Below, piece by piece: positions 63,793 to 64,000 of a DNA stretch of 64,000 nt. This DNA is from Candidatus Melainabacteria bacterium 17Bon1m (GTDB lineage: Bacteria > Cyanobacteriota > Vampirovibrionia > Obscuribacterales > Obscuribacteraceae), in the NCBI GenBank assembly GCA_032128875.1, contig JAVLKG010000001.1, forward strand, positions 256,001 through 320,000, read 5' to 3'. Below the pieces are notes generated by a model, which saw nothing but the letters and a program-made list of their open reading frames with translations, was not told the DNA's origin and did no database searches. The first letter of the stretch is position 1; each line of letters starts with the position of its first letter. Position numbers and translations under genes: made by a program.

Positions 63793-64000
63793 CTACTTAC
63801 TCTCCAAGCATGTATTTATCGTGGAGTTGGATTGAAGGTCAGTCACTGAAAGTCCCGCCTTCTGAATACGATCCAATATCATCGCGCTGTATACCCATTG
63901 CTCTTCATCTTCGAGCCCGAGGTTACCGTCCAGCGCTGTGAAGTCGTTTGCAAGCGCGTCCAGTTCTTGCGCAGCGTCGGCTGCCGGCGGTTTCCTCATG
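63793..64000 (-). CDS. 3' end of a hypothetical protein starting beyond the window
   Basis: Open frame from the window end to a stop at 63793. Confidence 0.5.
   Translation of the reverse strand, partial: MRKPPAADAAQELDALANDFTALDGNLGLEDEEQWVYSAMILDRIQKAGLSVTDLQSNSTINTCLESK

Overview
Bacterial chromosomal window of about 50% GC (by eye). Gene content (TPR-TonB fusion, many orphan secreted proteins, a Rieske/cytochrome b operon joined to a CydA-like subunit with a fused cytochrome c) suggests a non-photosynthetic Melainabacteria/Obscuribacterales-type organism; this is inference. Most of the window is ordinary: DEAD-box helicase, glpT, serine hydrolase, RlpA, CAT-family acetyltransferase, P450, Na+/H+ antiporter, TetR plus RND pump, patatin, Hsp20, RNB nuclease, housekeeping tRNA-Leu, and three families of REP-like palindromes. 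The standout is at 13.1-14.8 kb on the minus strand and is absent from the ORF track. A sigma70-like promoter precedes a 38-aa leader ORF that overlaps a mutually exclusive antiterminator/terminator pair. After a structured spacer with a boxA-like motif comes an array of 11 divergent tRNA genes (Ala, Val, Ile, Gly, Arg, Lys, Thr, Cys, Trp, Phe, Ser). The leader contains all 11 of these amino acids (31 of 38 residues; 24 of 26 in codons 3-28), mostly on codons these anticodons read, and has no Leu, Glu, Gln, His or Tyr. This suggests a ribosome-dependent attenuator that samples the tRNA pool and switches on a matching backup set. Other points of interest: an NTAQ1/WDYHV-family amidase, a substrate-binding protein fused to a bestrophin-like DUF4239 domain, a three-nuclease cluster at 42-47.5 kb, and two unannotated small ORFs. 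All calls were made by eye, without database searches or folding software.
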